Origin: Anaerohalosphaeraceae bacterium
Lineage (GTDB): Bacteria > Planctomycetota > Phycisphaerae > Sedimentisphaerales > Anaerohalosphaeraceae
Assembly (NCBI GenBank): GCA_050309605.1
Contig: JBNRMN010000034.1
Span: 172,554-236,553 of the forward strand
Direction of reading: 5' to 3'
DNA length: 64,000 nt
The notes beneath the pieces were generated by a model that saw only the letters and a program-made list of their open reading frames with translations, searched no databases and was not told the origin of the DNA. A program made the translations under genes and the position numbers. Of this stretch, positions 31,760 through 40,337 are shown piece after piece; the first letter of the stretch is position 1; each line of letters starts with the position of its first letter.

Positions 31760-32728
31760 TTATTTGACTTTGGATTTTGTGTGGTCGATAATCAATTGGA
31801 GCGTTTGGTCAAGCGAGTATTTGGCCTGGTAGCCGATTTGCTCGTGAATGCGATTCAGGTTAGGCACACGACGCTGCATATCGTCAAAGGGCCGCCCGTA
31901 AGCGGCTTCATAACTGAGGAATACCTTTTCGCTGCGGCTGCCGGTCAATTGGATAATTTTGTCGGCCAGGCCGCGGATGGTGATTTCTTCGTCTGAGCCG
32001 AGGTTATAGACCCGCCCGGCGGCGTGGGAGCACTCCATTAAAGCGGTCAGCCCGTCGATGACGTCATAGACACAGCAAAAACAGCGGCTTTGCCGGCCGT
32101 CGCCATAGATTTGGATGGGGTCGCTGCGCAGCGCCCGCTCGACAAAACGCGGGACGACCATGCCGTATCGACCGGTCTGGCGCGGGCCAACCGTGTTGAA
32201 CAGCCGCACCACGACCACCGGCAGACCATACTGCTGATGATAGGCCAGGGCCAGAAATTCGTCGATGGCTTTGCTGCACGCATACGACCAGCGGCTAAAT
32301 CGGGTGCTGCCCAGGACCGTATCGTCGTCCTCGTGAAAGGGAATCGCCTCGCTTTTGCCATAGACCTCGCTGGTGGAGGCGATCAGGACTTTTTTGCCGA
32401 ATTTGTTGGCGATGGACAACACGACTTCGGTGCCGTGGATGTTGGTCTCGATGGTGTGGACGGGGCGATCGACGATGAGCTGCACCCCCACCGCCGCGGC
32501 CAGATGATAGACCACATCGCAGCGTTCGATGAGCAGATACATCGTGTTGGCGTTGCGGACCGAATCCAGCACGAACGAAAAGTTCGGATGGCCCCGCACC
32601 GCCGTCAGATTGTCCAGAGAGCCGGTGCTGAGATCATCAACGGCCACGACCCGATGTCCGTCTGCCAGCAGCCGCTCGGCCAGATGAGACCCGACAAACC
32701 CCGCCCCGCCGGTAATTAAGATGTTCAT
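31760..32728 (-). CDS. NAD-dependent nucleotide-sugar epimerase/dehydratase (extended SDR)
   Basis: ITGGAGFVGSHL, HLAAAVGV, STSEVYG, YACSK, RLFNTVGPRQ. Confidence 0.95.
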   Translation of the reverse strand: MNILITGGAGFVGSHLAERLLADGHRVVAVDDLSTGSLDNLTAVRGHPNFSFVLDSVRNANTMYLLIERCDVVYHLAAAVGVQLIVDRPVHTIETNIHGTEVVLSIANKFGKKVLIASTSEVYGKSEAIPFHEDDDTVLGSTRFSRWSYACSKAIDEFLALAYHQQYGLPVVVVRLFNTVGPRQTGRYGMVVPRFVERALRSDPIQIYGDGRQSRCFCCVYDVIDGLTALMECSHAAGRVYNLGSDEEITIRGLADKIIQLTGSRSEKVFLSYEAAYGRPFDDMQRRVPNLNRIHEQIGYQAKYSLDQTLQLIIDHTKSKVK

Positions 32729-33007
32729 AGTTTTTGGTTCTTCGTTTTGAGTGGGTTATCTGCTTTTCCGCTATCAGCAGCCGGAGTACAGCAACTGATG
32801 CGAAACAGGTTTTAAGACGCGACATAGCCGCAACCCAATTCGAAATATACCCTTCAGGGTAGAAAATATGATTAATCTACATATGCCCCTTGGAGGTGGT
32901 CAAAATCAAAGAATGAAATCGATGTATCGCCAAGCCATTCCGCATAACCCATACAGACCATCTATTTTACCTAAATTTCCAAATGGGTTCGTTTTGGAAA
33001 AACTTAA

Positions 33008-33175
33008 TAACTCAAACTGACCGATGGCCAGTTTGAGAGATCAAAAATCAAAGATTAAAGAGCAAAATTGAGGATTCGCCCTTTCGGGCGAGCTTTTTTA
33101 CGGCCTTTTTGTGGACACTGTAACATCTTTTATAGACTATATTTATGTCAAAACAGATCCGCTTTTGGGTCAGTT
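33008..33175. repeat. Dispersed ~170 bp intergenic element, copy 1 (longest)
   Basis: 33056-33156 is identical to 38499-38599; the left part matches 51013-51074. Confidence 0.95.
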
Positions 33176-33314
33176 GCGGTTCAATTATTATTTTTCGTTG
33201 CGACCGATTATCAGACATTTTCCACCAAAAACTGACAAACTCGATCAATCACCCCCTGCCGGTTCGGGATACGGGGTTTGTCGCCATGATCCTTTGCTAC
33301 TGTTTTTTTACCCA

Positions 33315-34424
33315 TCAAGATAATTTGTCTATCATAATATTGACTATTCGCTGAGAGGCTTTTCCATCCCAAAGGGGAGGAATTTGGAAAGTTTTCAGTT
33401 TTCCGCTTGTGATATGTCTGTAGCCGTCAATCATTTTCTGCGGATCATTTCCAACCAGTTGATTGGAGCCTATTTGGACTGTCACTGGCCGTTCTGTATT
33501 ATCACGAAGTGTCAGACAGGGAATCTTAAGTACCGTTGTCTCTTCCTGTATCCCGCCGGAGTCTGTCAAAACAAGTTTTGCATTTGAAAGCAATTGTAAG
33601 AAATCCAAGTAACCCACAGGATCCATTAATCGTAATCCCTGCATAGAACTAATGCGAGAAGACAGTCCGGATTGCGTAAGATTTTTTCTTGTCCGCGGAT
33701 GGATTGGAAAGAGAATGGGCATATCCCGTTGAATAACTTCAAGCCCATCAAGAATTCTCGAAAAATTAACAGAGTCATCCACATTTGAGGGACGATGCAA
33801 TGTCAATACGGCAAACCGTTCGCCATTTAACACATGTTGTTTTTTCAGATGTTCAAGAATGAGCGAGTGCCGGGCTTTTTTGAGATTATTATAAAGTGTG
33901 TCAATCATCACGTGTCCGACCATATGAATCTTGTCTTCGCAGACACCTTCATTGATCAGATTGTCCACACCGCTTTGTTCGGTGCAAAACAGCAAGTCGC
34001 TGATTGAATCAGTCAATATCCGATTGATTTCTTCAGGCATCGTACGGTCGAAACTGCGCAGCCCTGCTTCAACATGAATCAATTTTATGCCCAGCTTGAC
34101 AGCAACCAGACCGCAGGCAATCGTGCTGTTGACATCGCCAACGACCAGCATTGCATCGGGTTTATATTGCAGAAGAACCGGTTCAATGGATTTCATTATT
34201 TCAGCAGTTTGAACGGCATGACTGGCAGAACCTACACCCAAATTGATATCCGGTTGAGGGATACCGAGCTGGTCAAAAAACAGATCAGACATGGCTTTGT
34301 CATAATGCTGGCCGGTGTGGACAAGCAGCGGTTTTATGGCGTTGTGTTTGCAGTACTCAGCCATGAGCGGCGCAATTTTCATAAAGTTTGGCCGCGCGCC
34401 GACAATATTGATTATTTTCAACAT
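33315..34424 (-). CDS. wecB: UDP-N-acetylglucosamine 2-epimerase (non-hydrolysing)
   Basis: GARPNFMK, HTGQHYD, HVEAGLRS, MPEEINR, TDSGGIQEE, TERP. Confidence 0.96.
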   Translation of the reverse strand: MLKIINIVGARPNFMKIAPLMAEYCKHNAIKPLLVHTGQHYDKAMSDLFFDQLGIPQPDINLGVGSASHAVQTAEIMKSIEPVLLQYKPDAMLVVGDVNSTIACGLVAVKLGIKLIHVEAGLRSFDRTMPEEINRILTDSISDLLFCTEQSGVDNLINEGVCEDKIHMVGHVMIDTLYNNLKKARHSLILEHLKKQHVLNGERFAVLTLHRPSNVDDSVNFSRILDGLEVIQRDMPILFPIHPRTRKNLTQSGLSSRISSMQGLRLMDPVGYLDFLQLLSNAKLVLTDSGGIQEETTVLKIPCLTLRDNTERPVTVQIGSNQLVGNDPQKMIDGYRHITSGKLKTFQIPPLWDGKASQRIVNIMIDKLS

Positions 34425-34446
34425 TGGGCAAACTCCTCAAAGAAAA

Positions 34447-35232
34447 TCACTTCTGTTTGACACGTCCCAGTCGATGCCGCAGAATTTCCGGGACACTTAA
34501 GGCCAGAAAGATAGAATTGGTGACAAAGTAACGCTTCCACATCCGGCTAGGTTCCTGTATCACGCGATACAGCCATTCCAGTCCGGCTTTCTGCATCCAA
34601 AGAGGCGCTCGCTTTGTAACACCGGCAAAAACGTCAAAGCTGCCGCCGACGCCATGACATACGGGGACATTGAAGACGTTCTTGAACCGATCCATAAACA
34701 TTTCTTTTTTGGGTGGAGTGATGGCCACAAATAAGATGTCCGCATTGCTGTCGCGAATTTGATCGGCCACCCACTGCCCGTCTGTTTCCAGATCAAAGTA
34801 ACCGTCGTGACAACCAGCTATTTGAAGACCGGGATAATCCTGTTGTGCTTTTTGAACTACTGTATCAAGAACGGCCGGTTTAGCCCCGAGAAAAAAAATG
34901 CGATAGCGTTTTTTTGCTGCGCGCTGCATCAAGCCGTACATTACATCAATGCCGGCTACACGTTCAGGCAATGGACATCCGGCAAGACGGCTGAGCCACA
35001 CCACACCCTGTCCATCGGCGGCGGTCATGTCCGATTCCATAAGACTCTTGCGCAGTTCTGAATTTTTCCGGCAATTGACGAGCTTGGCCACATTAACCAT
35101 GCCGAGTACCAAAGTTGTTCGCTTTAGAATTGCCTCTTCACAGCAATCCAAAAGCTCATTCATTCTGATTTTGTTTATACCTATTCCGATCAGATGAATC
35201 GTTGGATACTTTCGAAGAAGAGACGACATCAT
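34447..35232 (-). CDS. WecG/TagA/CpsF family glycosyltransferase
   Basis: ADGQGVVW, ERVAGID, GVGGSFDV, RAPLWMQKAGLEWLYR..QEP.RMWKRY. Confidence 0.95.
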   Translation of the reverse strand: MMSSLLRKYPTIHLIGIGINKIRMNELLDCCEEAILKRTTLVLGMVNVAKLVNCRKNSELRKSLMESDMTAADGQGVVWLSRLAGCPLPERVAGIDVMYGLMQRAAKKRYRIFFLGAKPAVLDTVVQKAQQDYPGLQIAGCHDGYFDLETDGQWVADQIRDSNADILFVAITPPKKEMFMDRFKNVFNVPVCHGVGGSFDVFAGVTKRAPLWMQKAGLEWLYRVIQEPSRMWKRYFVTNSIFLALSVPEILRHRLGRVKQK

Positions 35233-35240
35233 TAACCTTT

Positions 35241-36401
35241 CTATTGCGATTTATTTGTGTGATCCGCCCATGCGTAAAGTATCCAACCCAAGTGATAGGG
35301 TCGGCATTCCCGGTTCACTTGAAAACCCCAAATCGGTTTACCTAACAAGCGATGACATTGATCGGCCTGCAAAACACAACAGACGCTTCGAGCAAAACGA
35401 CTGAATTTCGGCAGTTCCCGGCGTTCGATATCGCGCCAGATAATGCCTTTTTCGGGAACTATAAGATTTTCTTTTAGCTCATTATTTCCAAGCAACCAAC
35501 GCAGTCCTAACTCAATATTCTTGGTATGATCGGCACCGGAAACCTTATCCGCTGCTAATATTGCCATCGGCGCCATTGCGTCTTGGTGTACCGAAAAGAT
35601 GGGATACTCTTCACAGACTTTTCCGGAGTTCACATCATAGTGCCACATCCATTGGCCTAAGGGCCCCTGAAATTTGCATATCGATTCTACGACGGAAGCG
35701 GCGCAGCGTATGCTCCAATCATCATTAAACGCAGCTCCATAAGAGGCCATGGCGAGAATCGGGTAGATCTGATCTGCAAAACAGGAGATGGTTCGTCCGA
35801 CTTTAAGTCGTCCTTTTCGATTATGGCGTCGAAACAGTCTCTGTTGGGGACAATATAACGATTTTAGACGAGAATACGCGTCGTCAAGAAGCGGACGAAT
35901 CCTTTCGGCCCATTGACGGTTTTCGGATTTTGTACACAGTACAGCAGCCTGAACAACCCACCCCAGTTCTACGGCGTTGCACAAATCGCGCTGATGAGAC
36001 CATAAAGAAAGGACAACATCAACAAACCGATCTGGTTTTGACTCTTTGCTTTCGATTGCTGCCCACAGAGTCAGGGCAGCGTCACCCATATGCTGAATTT
36101 CAGAAATCCGGCTTAAAATCGCAGGGAAAAGATTAGGCAAAAGCGTCTTGTCTTCAGCATAATAGTCGAGCCATCTGGCAATGCCTATTTGACTTATTGC
36201 AGCATACCTTAGACTCTTACCGATTATTTTGACTTGCTTGCAGTCTTTCAGCCGAGTTGTGTAAGGTAATTGTACGGAAGAGTTGATGTAACCATTAGTC
36301 AATCCCTGTTTTGCAGTATTGCATAATAATGCCACAATCTGTGTGTAATTAGTTACAGTTTGCGGATTTTCTTCAATCAACATGAGCAAGCTCCGGAGCA
36401 A
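35241..36401 (-). CDS. Hypothetical protein in EPS operon (helical, possibly alpha/alpha-barrel enzyme)
   Basis: 386 aa ORF packed in the operon; motif-like segments FADQIYP, GQWMWHYD, SVHQDAMAP, ECRPYHLGW. Confidence 0.75.
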   Translation of the reverse strand: MLRSLLMLIEENPQTVTNYTQIVALLCNTAKQGLTNGYINSSVQLPYTTRLKDCKQVKIIGKSLRYAAISQIGIARWLDYYAEDKTLLPNLFPAILSRISEIQHMGDAALTLWAAIESKESKPDRFVDVVLSLWSHQRDLCNAVELGWVVQAAVLCTKSENRQWAERIRPLLDDAYSRLKSLYCPQQRLFRRHNRKGRLKVGRTISCFADQIYPILAMASYGAAFNDDWSIRCAASVVESICKFQGPLGQWMWHYDVNSGKVCEEYPIFSVHQDAMAPMAILAADKVSGADHTKNIELGLRWLLGNNELKENLIVPEKGIIWRDIERRELPKFSRFARSVCCVLQADQCHRLLGKPIWGFQVNRECRPYHLGWILYAWADHTNKSQ

Positions 36402-36427
36402 ATTTCGATAGGTTTATTTTGTTTCTA

Positions 36428-37327
36428 TTACAAAACAGATACCTTGTTGAAGGTGAGAATTCTCTTGATTTGTTCTTTGCGAATATATTCGACAAGTTCT
36501 GTTGGGACCTGTCGGTTATCATGGTGAAAAAAACCATAGCAATAACCTAAAAAGCGTGCACAACCACCGATTAAAAAAGGCGATTCTTTGAAACATCGCT
36601 TAAACGATTTTAATAATACAAACAAGACATGACTTCCTAAAAAATAGTCCCCCATCCCCAAGCGAAATCGAATTTTCAACAATCCCTTTGTATGACCGGT
36701 TCCGACGGGCTTGTTGTGAACGGCCACGACATCGGGAAACGACCAGGTCTTCCAGCCGTTCATTCGGGCGGCAAAGCAGGCAACGGTATCTTCATAGCCA
36801 TACTTCATCGGGACAAAGCCGCCGACCTGGTCAAAACATTTCTTGTTGAATACCATCAGGGCCTTGGGTGTTGAGCGGCGGTCGTTGAGCACCTTGCGGA
36901 TGCGGCCGTTGCCGAGATTATCCACATAGACGCCCGAGGCGATGCCCAATTTGGAATCGCTGTGCATCCGCGTCAGAATCTTTTCGTAATAATCAGAAGG
37001 CAATTTGATGTCGGCATCCAATATCGCCAGGAAGTCGTAATTTTGAATTTTGAATTTTGAATTTTGAATGTGATTGATGCCGTGTCTTATGGCATAGACG
37101 TTGCTGGCGTAATAGGTTTGTGCGGGGTCTTTTTCTCGATAGACATAATGAATCCACGGATGCTGTTGGGCATAGCGATTAATTATGTCCGCCGTCGGAT
37201 CGGTTGAACCGTCGTCCACGATCACCCAAACGAGAGGTTTGATTGTTTGCGCCAGAACGCTTTGAATCGTTTGCTCAATGTACGCCGCCTCATTAAAGGC
37301 TGGTGTGATGATAAAAAATCGAAACAT
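36428..37327 (-). CDS. GT2 glycosyltransferase containing an internal heptamer tract
   Basis: IITPAFNE, IVDDGSTD, LDADI, GYEDT; start set at MFRFFII (37327). Confidence 0.92.
   Translation of the reverse strand: MFRFFIITPAFNEAAYIEQTIQSVLAQTIKPLVWVIVDDGSTDPTADIINRYAQQHPWIHYVYREKDPAQTYYASNVYAIRHGINHIQNSKFKIQNYDFLAILDADIKLPSDYYEKILTRMHSDSKLGIASGVYVDNLGNGRIRKVLNDRRSTPKALMVFNKKCFDQVGGFVPMKYGYEDTVACFAARMNGWKTWSFPDVVAVHNKPVGTGHTKGLLKIRFRLGMGDYFLGSHVLFVLLKSFKRCFKESPFLIGGCARFLGYCYGFFHHDNRQVPTELVEYIRKEQIKRILTFNKVSVL
37039..37069. repeat. Perfect tandem heptamer (AATTTTG)x4 plus partial unit, inside the GT2 CDS
   Basis: aattttg aattttg aattttg aattttg aat; encodes IQNSKFKIQN. Confidence 0.97.
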
Positions 37328-37465
37328 TTTTTTGAAGACTATGATATTGGTTTTCAGGCACAAACGAGCTATCCGGCACAACGCCCCGTGCCTCATGGAG
37401 CAGCGTTCCAACCCTGGCGTTGCAGGGGCGTAGCCAACGTTTTTGCGAAACCTCAAAATGCAAAA

Positions 37466-37523
37466 TTTGCTGGTCTGGCTTGTTTTTTTGCGCTGTTTTA
37501 ACCATTTTTGCAAAAGTCCAGTT
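37466..37523. repeat. ~57 bp direct repeat, copy A
   Basis: tttgctggtctggcttgtttttttgcgctgttttaaccatttttgcaaaagtccagtt; last 28 nt identical to copy B. Confidence 0.93.
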
Positions 37524-37541
37524 CGTAGTTCTTAGCGGTTG

Positions 37542-38465
37542 TTATTCTGTATTGTCTGTGTTATTGACGTCCAGATCGATTTTGAACGGGGCGGGGAGGG
37601 CTTCGCCGCGTCGCATTCGCTGGAGGCGCTCCAGTTCGCTGATGGCTTTGTAGAACTGTTTTTCGATGGAGCCTTCGTACTTGAGCAGACGGGCCAGGTT
37701 GCGGGCGTCGGGTATGCTGTGGAGTTTTTTCTGGACTTGAAGGGCCAGCTTGTTGTCTTCTTTTTCCTTCTGTAATTCTTCTATATTCTGTGTGTAAAAT
37801 CGGACCATCTCATCGCAATTTTCGATGTGAAACTTCCAGATGTCGTCATCCGACCAGCCGGCTTGATTCAATGCTTCTCGAATGGACTCCGGCGAATTGT
37901 CCGCCGTGCTCATCAGGGAAACTTTAAATTGCTTTGCCAAATACTTCCAGTTGAGGGAGTAGAGCTCACAATTAATATCAGAAAGGTCCGCCTTGCCTTC
38001 ATACAGTTCGGTGAACACTTCTTTGTCATTGCGCCACTTGGTGATTTCCTGCTTAATTTGACGAATGTCCTCATCGATCTGATCGTCGGTGCGTTTGGGG
38101 TCGAGGGCATTATAGCTGTCCCATTTATAATAATTTTTGACTGCATTGTCCATATTTCGGCGGAGCAGGCCGACTTCGTATCGGTGGGCGCGACGCAGCC
38201 GCCAGTAGGCGACGGCGATCTTCTCGACGAGTATCTCTTCGAGCGCACCCTGCGGGCTGAACTGCTCGGTCAGGTCGGACAGGACGTCGTCAAACTCCTC
38301 GCGGCTTTCGGGGTTTTCGCCCTCGGTAATGACGACTTCTTTGGCCAGCAGGCCGTGCTTGAGTGAGTTTCTCGAGGCGATGGCCTTGCCCTGGATTGTT
38401 TTCGGGCCGGTGGACCGTTGGGCGTTGCGGCGGTTGGCAGCGATTTGTTTTTCAGAGGGGTTCAT
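37542..38465 (-). CDS. Hypothetical protein with N-terminal 'QIAANRRNAQRSTGPKT..GK..S.N..KHGL' motif; not polysaccharide-related
   Basis: Basic N-terminal motif related to HGGxSTG-type proteins; WRLRRA; C-terminal LLKYE..IEKQFYKAISELERLQ. Confidence 0.85.
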   Translation of the reverse strand: MNPSEKQIAANRRNAQRSTGPKTIQGKAIASRNSLKHGLLAKEVVITEGENPESREEFDDVLSDLTEQFSPQGALEEILVEKIAVAYWRLRRAHRYEVGLLRRNMDNAVKNYYKWDSYNALDPKRTDDQIDEDIRQIKQEITKWRNDKEVFTELYEGKADLSDINCELYSLNWKYLAKQFKVSLMSTADNSPESIREALNQAGWSDDDIWKFHIENCDEMVRFYTQNIEELQKEKEDNKLALQVQKKLHSIPDARNLARLLKYEGSIEKQFYKAISELERLQRMRRGEALPAPFKIDLDVNNTDNTE

Positions 38466-38484
38466 TGTTTACCCTAATTGATCT

Positions 38485-38618
38485 ATGGCCAGTTTGAGTA
38501 AAGAGCAAAATTGAGGATTCGCCCTTTCGGGCGAGCTTTTTTACGGCCTTTTTGTGGACACTGTAACATCTTTTATAGACTATATTTATGTCAAAACAGC
38601 TCCGATTTTCGGTCAGTT
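38485..38618. repeat. Dispersed intergenic element, copy 2
   Basis: 101 bp identical to 33056-33156; lacks 18 nt of the heptamer tract of copy 1. Confidence 0.95.
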
Positions 38619-38635
38619 TGATTTAAAAATTATGT

Positions 38636-38691
38636 TTTGCTGGTCTCGCTTGTTTTTTCGCTATTTTAACCATTTTTGCAAAAGTCCAGTT
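38636..38691. repeat. ~57 bp direct repeat, copy B
   Basis: tttgctggtctcgcttgttttttcgctattttaaccatttttgcaaaagtccagtt. Confidence 0.93.
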
Positions 38692-38698
38692 ATTAAGA

Positions 38699-39355
38699 TT
38701 AAATAATCAAATGCTCCTCGACAACAATCAAAGTCTCAGCCATAAAAGTGATTCTAGATTTTATGATTCGACTCCCAGGAAAAAGATATTCCAACTCACG
38801 CTGAGTGACCAAACATAACTCATTTCTGTCCAATCCAAACTGATATTTCTTGGCGACATGATTATAACTTATTAGTTTTCCGATTACTCGGTAACCATGC
38901 AACGGCAGCCATGTCACAAAGGGAAGGCGCATATGAAACTCAAATGGATACCAGCGATTGGGAGTCGTTACAAACCACGATTTGCCCACTCGCATTATCT
39001 CAGATGCCATCTGTTTTTGATGTTCAAAACTACCAACATGTTCAATGACCGCATTGCTATAGACCACATCAAACGATTTATCGGGATAGGGCAAATTGCA
39101 CGCATTTCCGATGCGGGCGTCAATCTCCGGATAAACTTCCTTGATCTTATTGATATGGGCTTCAGAAAGATTGATCGCTGAAAGATTTGATTTCCATGGA
39201 TAGCTATCAATAAGTTGTAAACTACCATCGCCGGCAGGATTAATTTCAGCCCCAACATCTAAAATACGCATATCTTCATTCGGTTTGATAATATCATAAA
39301 ATAGCTTTAGCTTTTGTTGTCTGCTTTTGCATGATAATCTCGAAAAAAGGCTCAT
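38699..39355 (-). CDS. Class I SAM-dependent methyltransferase
   Basis: ILDVGA, LPYPDKSFDVVYSNAVIEHVG, TPNRWYPFEFH. Confidence 0.9.
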   Translation of the reverse strand: MSLFSRLSCKSRQQKLKLFYDIIKPNEDMRILDVGAEINPAGDGSLQLIDSYPWKSNLSAINLSEAHINKIKEVYPEIDARIGNACNLPYPDKSFDVVYSNAVIEHVGSFEHQKQMASEIMRVGKSWFVTTPNRWYPFEFHMRLPFVTWLPLHGYRVIGKLISYNHVAKKYQFGLDRNELCLVTQRELEYLFPGSRIIKSRITFMAETLIVVEEHLII

Positions 39356-40323
39356 ATTCTGAAATTCTCCTGTTTGGGTGAGGCTAATGCTTTAAAAATA
39401 CTGCACCAGGCGGATGCATAAGCTTTTAGTCTTATCGCGGCGTTCATGTCGCTTCGTCTGATTATGTTTAGTAACCACCATCCCGGAATTCGTATTAATA
39501 AGAACAATGACATTAGCAAACCTGCCATAAAATAATAAGGATAGCTTTTATGTTTGTAAAAAAAGTGCAAAATACCCAGTCGAAGCTGGACCAACGACTT
39601 CGCCCGTACCTGTTTACTGCTCTGCCCGCCCAAGTGGATGATCTGTGCATCCGGATAAAAGAGATTCTGCCAGCCGGCCTGTTTGAAGCGAAAGCACCAG
39701 TCGGTTTCTTCGGCATACATAAAAAAGTCTTCATCCATCAGGCCGACCTGTTCGATGACTTTTCGCCGAACCAACATAAAACAACCGGTTACGACATCGA
39801 CCTCGCGAACATTATCGCGATTCCACCATGACATGCGTTCCCGACCGAAAAAACGGCTGTGCGGGAAGATTTTATAGAGATAGCTTGCCGACAGAAACAA
39901 ATTCAGCAGCGAGGGGAACATAAAGCAGGTCGGCTGAAGGGAGTGATCCGGATTCAGCACTTTGCAGCCCACCACAGCGGCTTGGGGGTGCTGGTCGGCA
40001 AAGGCAACGGTTTTTTGAATCGCGCCGTCCAAAACAATCGTATCGGAATTGAGCAGCAGGATATAGCGGCCTTTGGCGATCCGCATGCCCTGATTATTGG
40101 CCGCGGCAAAGCCGCGGTTTTCCGTGTTTTCGATGAGGAGAGCCTGCGGAAATTCGGACTTGACCCTCTGAGCCGACCCATCGGAGGACGCATTGTCAAT
40201 GACGATGACTTCAAAGTCCATGCCGTGTGTCTGCTGGAACACTGAAGTCAGACAGTTCCGGAGAATATCCCGCGTATTCCAGTTGACAATGATGATAGAA
40301 CAGTCATATGGCTGCATCGTCAA
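39352..40323 (-). CDS. GT2 glycosyltransferase (rhamnosyltransferase-like)
   Basis: SIIIVNWN, IDNASSDGS, NRGFAAANN, LLNSD, FFMYAEETDWC. Confidence 0.94.
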   Translation of the reverse strand: MTMQPYDCSIIIVNWNTRDILRNCLTSVFQQTHGMDFEVIVIDNASSDGSAQRVKSEFPQALLIENTENRGFAAANNQGMRIAKGRYILLLNSDTIVLDGAIQKTVAFADQHPQAAVVGCKVLNPDHSLQPTCFMFPSLLNLFLSASYLYKIFPHSRFFGRERMSWWNRDNVREVDVVTGCFMLVRRKVIEQVGLMDEDFFMYAEETDWCFRFKQAGWQNLFYPDAQIIHLGGQSSKQVRAKSLVQLRLGILHFFYKHKSYPYYFMAGLLMSLFLLIRIPGWWLLNIIRRSDMNAAIRLKAYASAWCSIFKALASPKQENFRI

Positions 40324-40337
40324 TCTATGATCCTATT

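Noticed and set aside
33120..33152. Sigma70 promoter in the repeated element (minus-strand TTGACA...TATAAA)
   Set aside because: The spacer is 11 nt rather than ~17, so it is not called as a promoter.
37328..37513. 62 aa N-terminal extension of the GT2
   Set aside because: Translates the direct repeat and palindromic spacer; the GT2 fold starts at MFRFFII.
37466..38691. Integron attC sites or an IS element
   Set aside because: No RYYYAAC...GTTRRRY palindromic arrangement, no terminal inverted repeats and no transposase motif.
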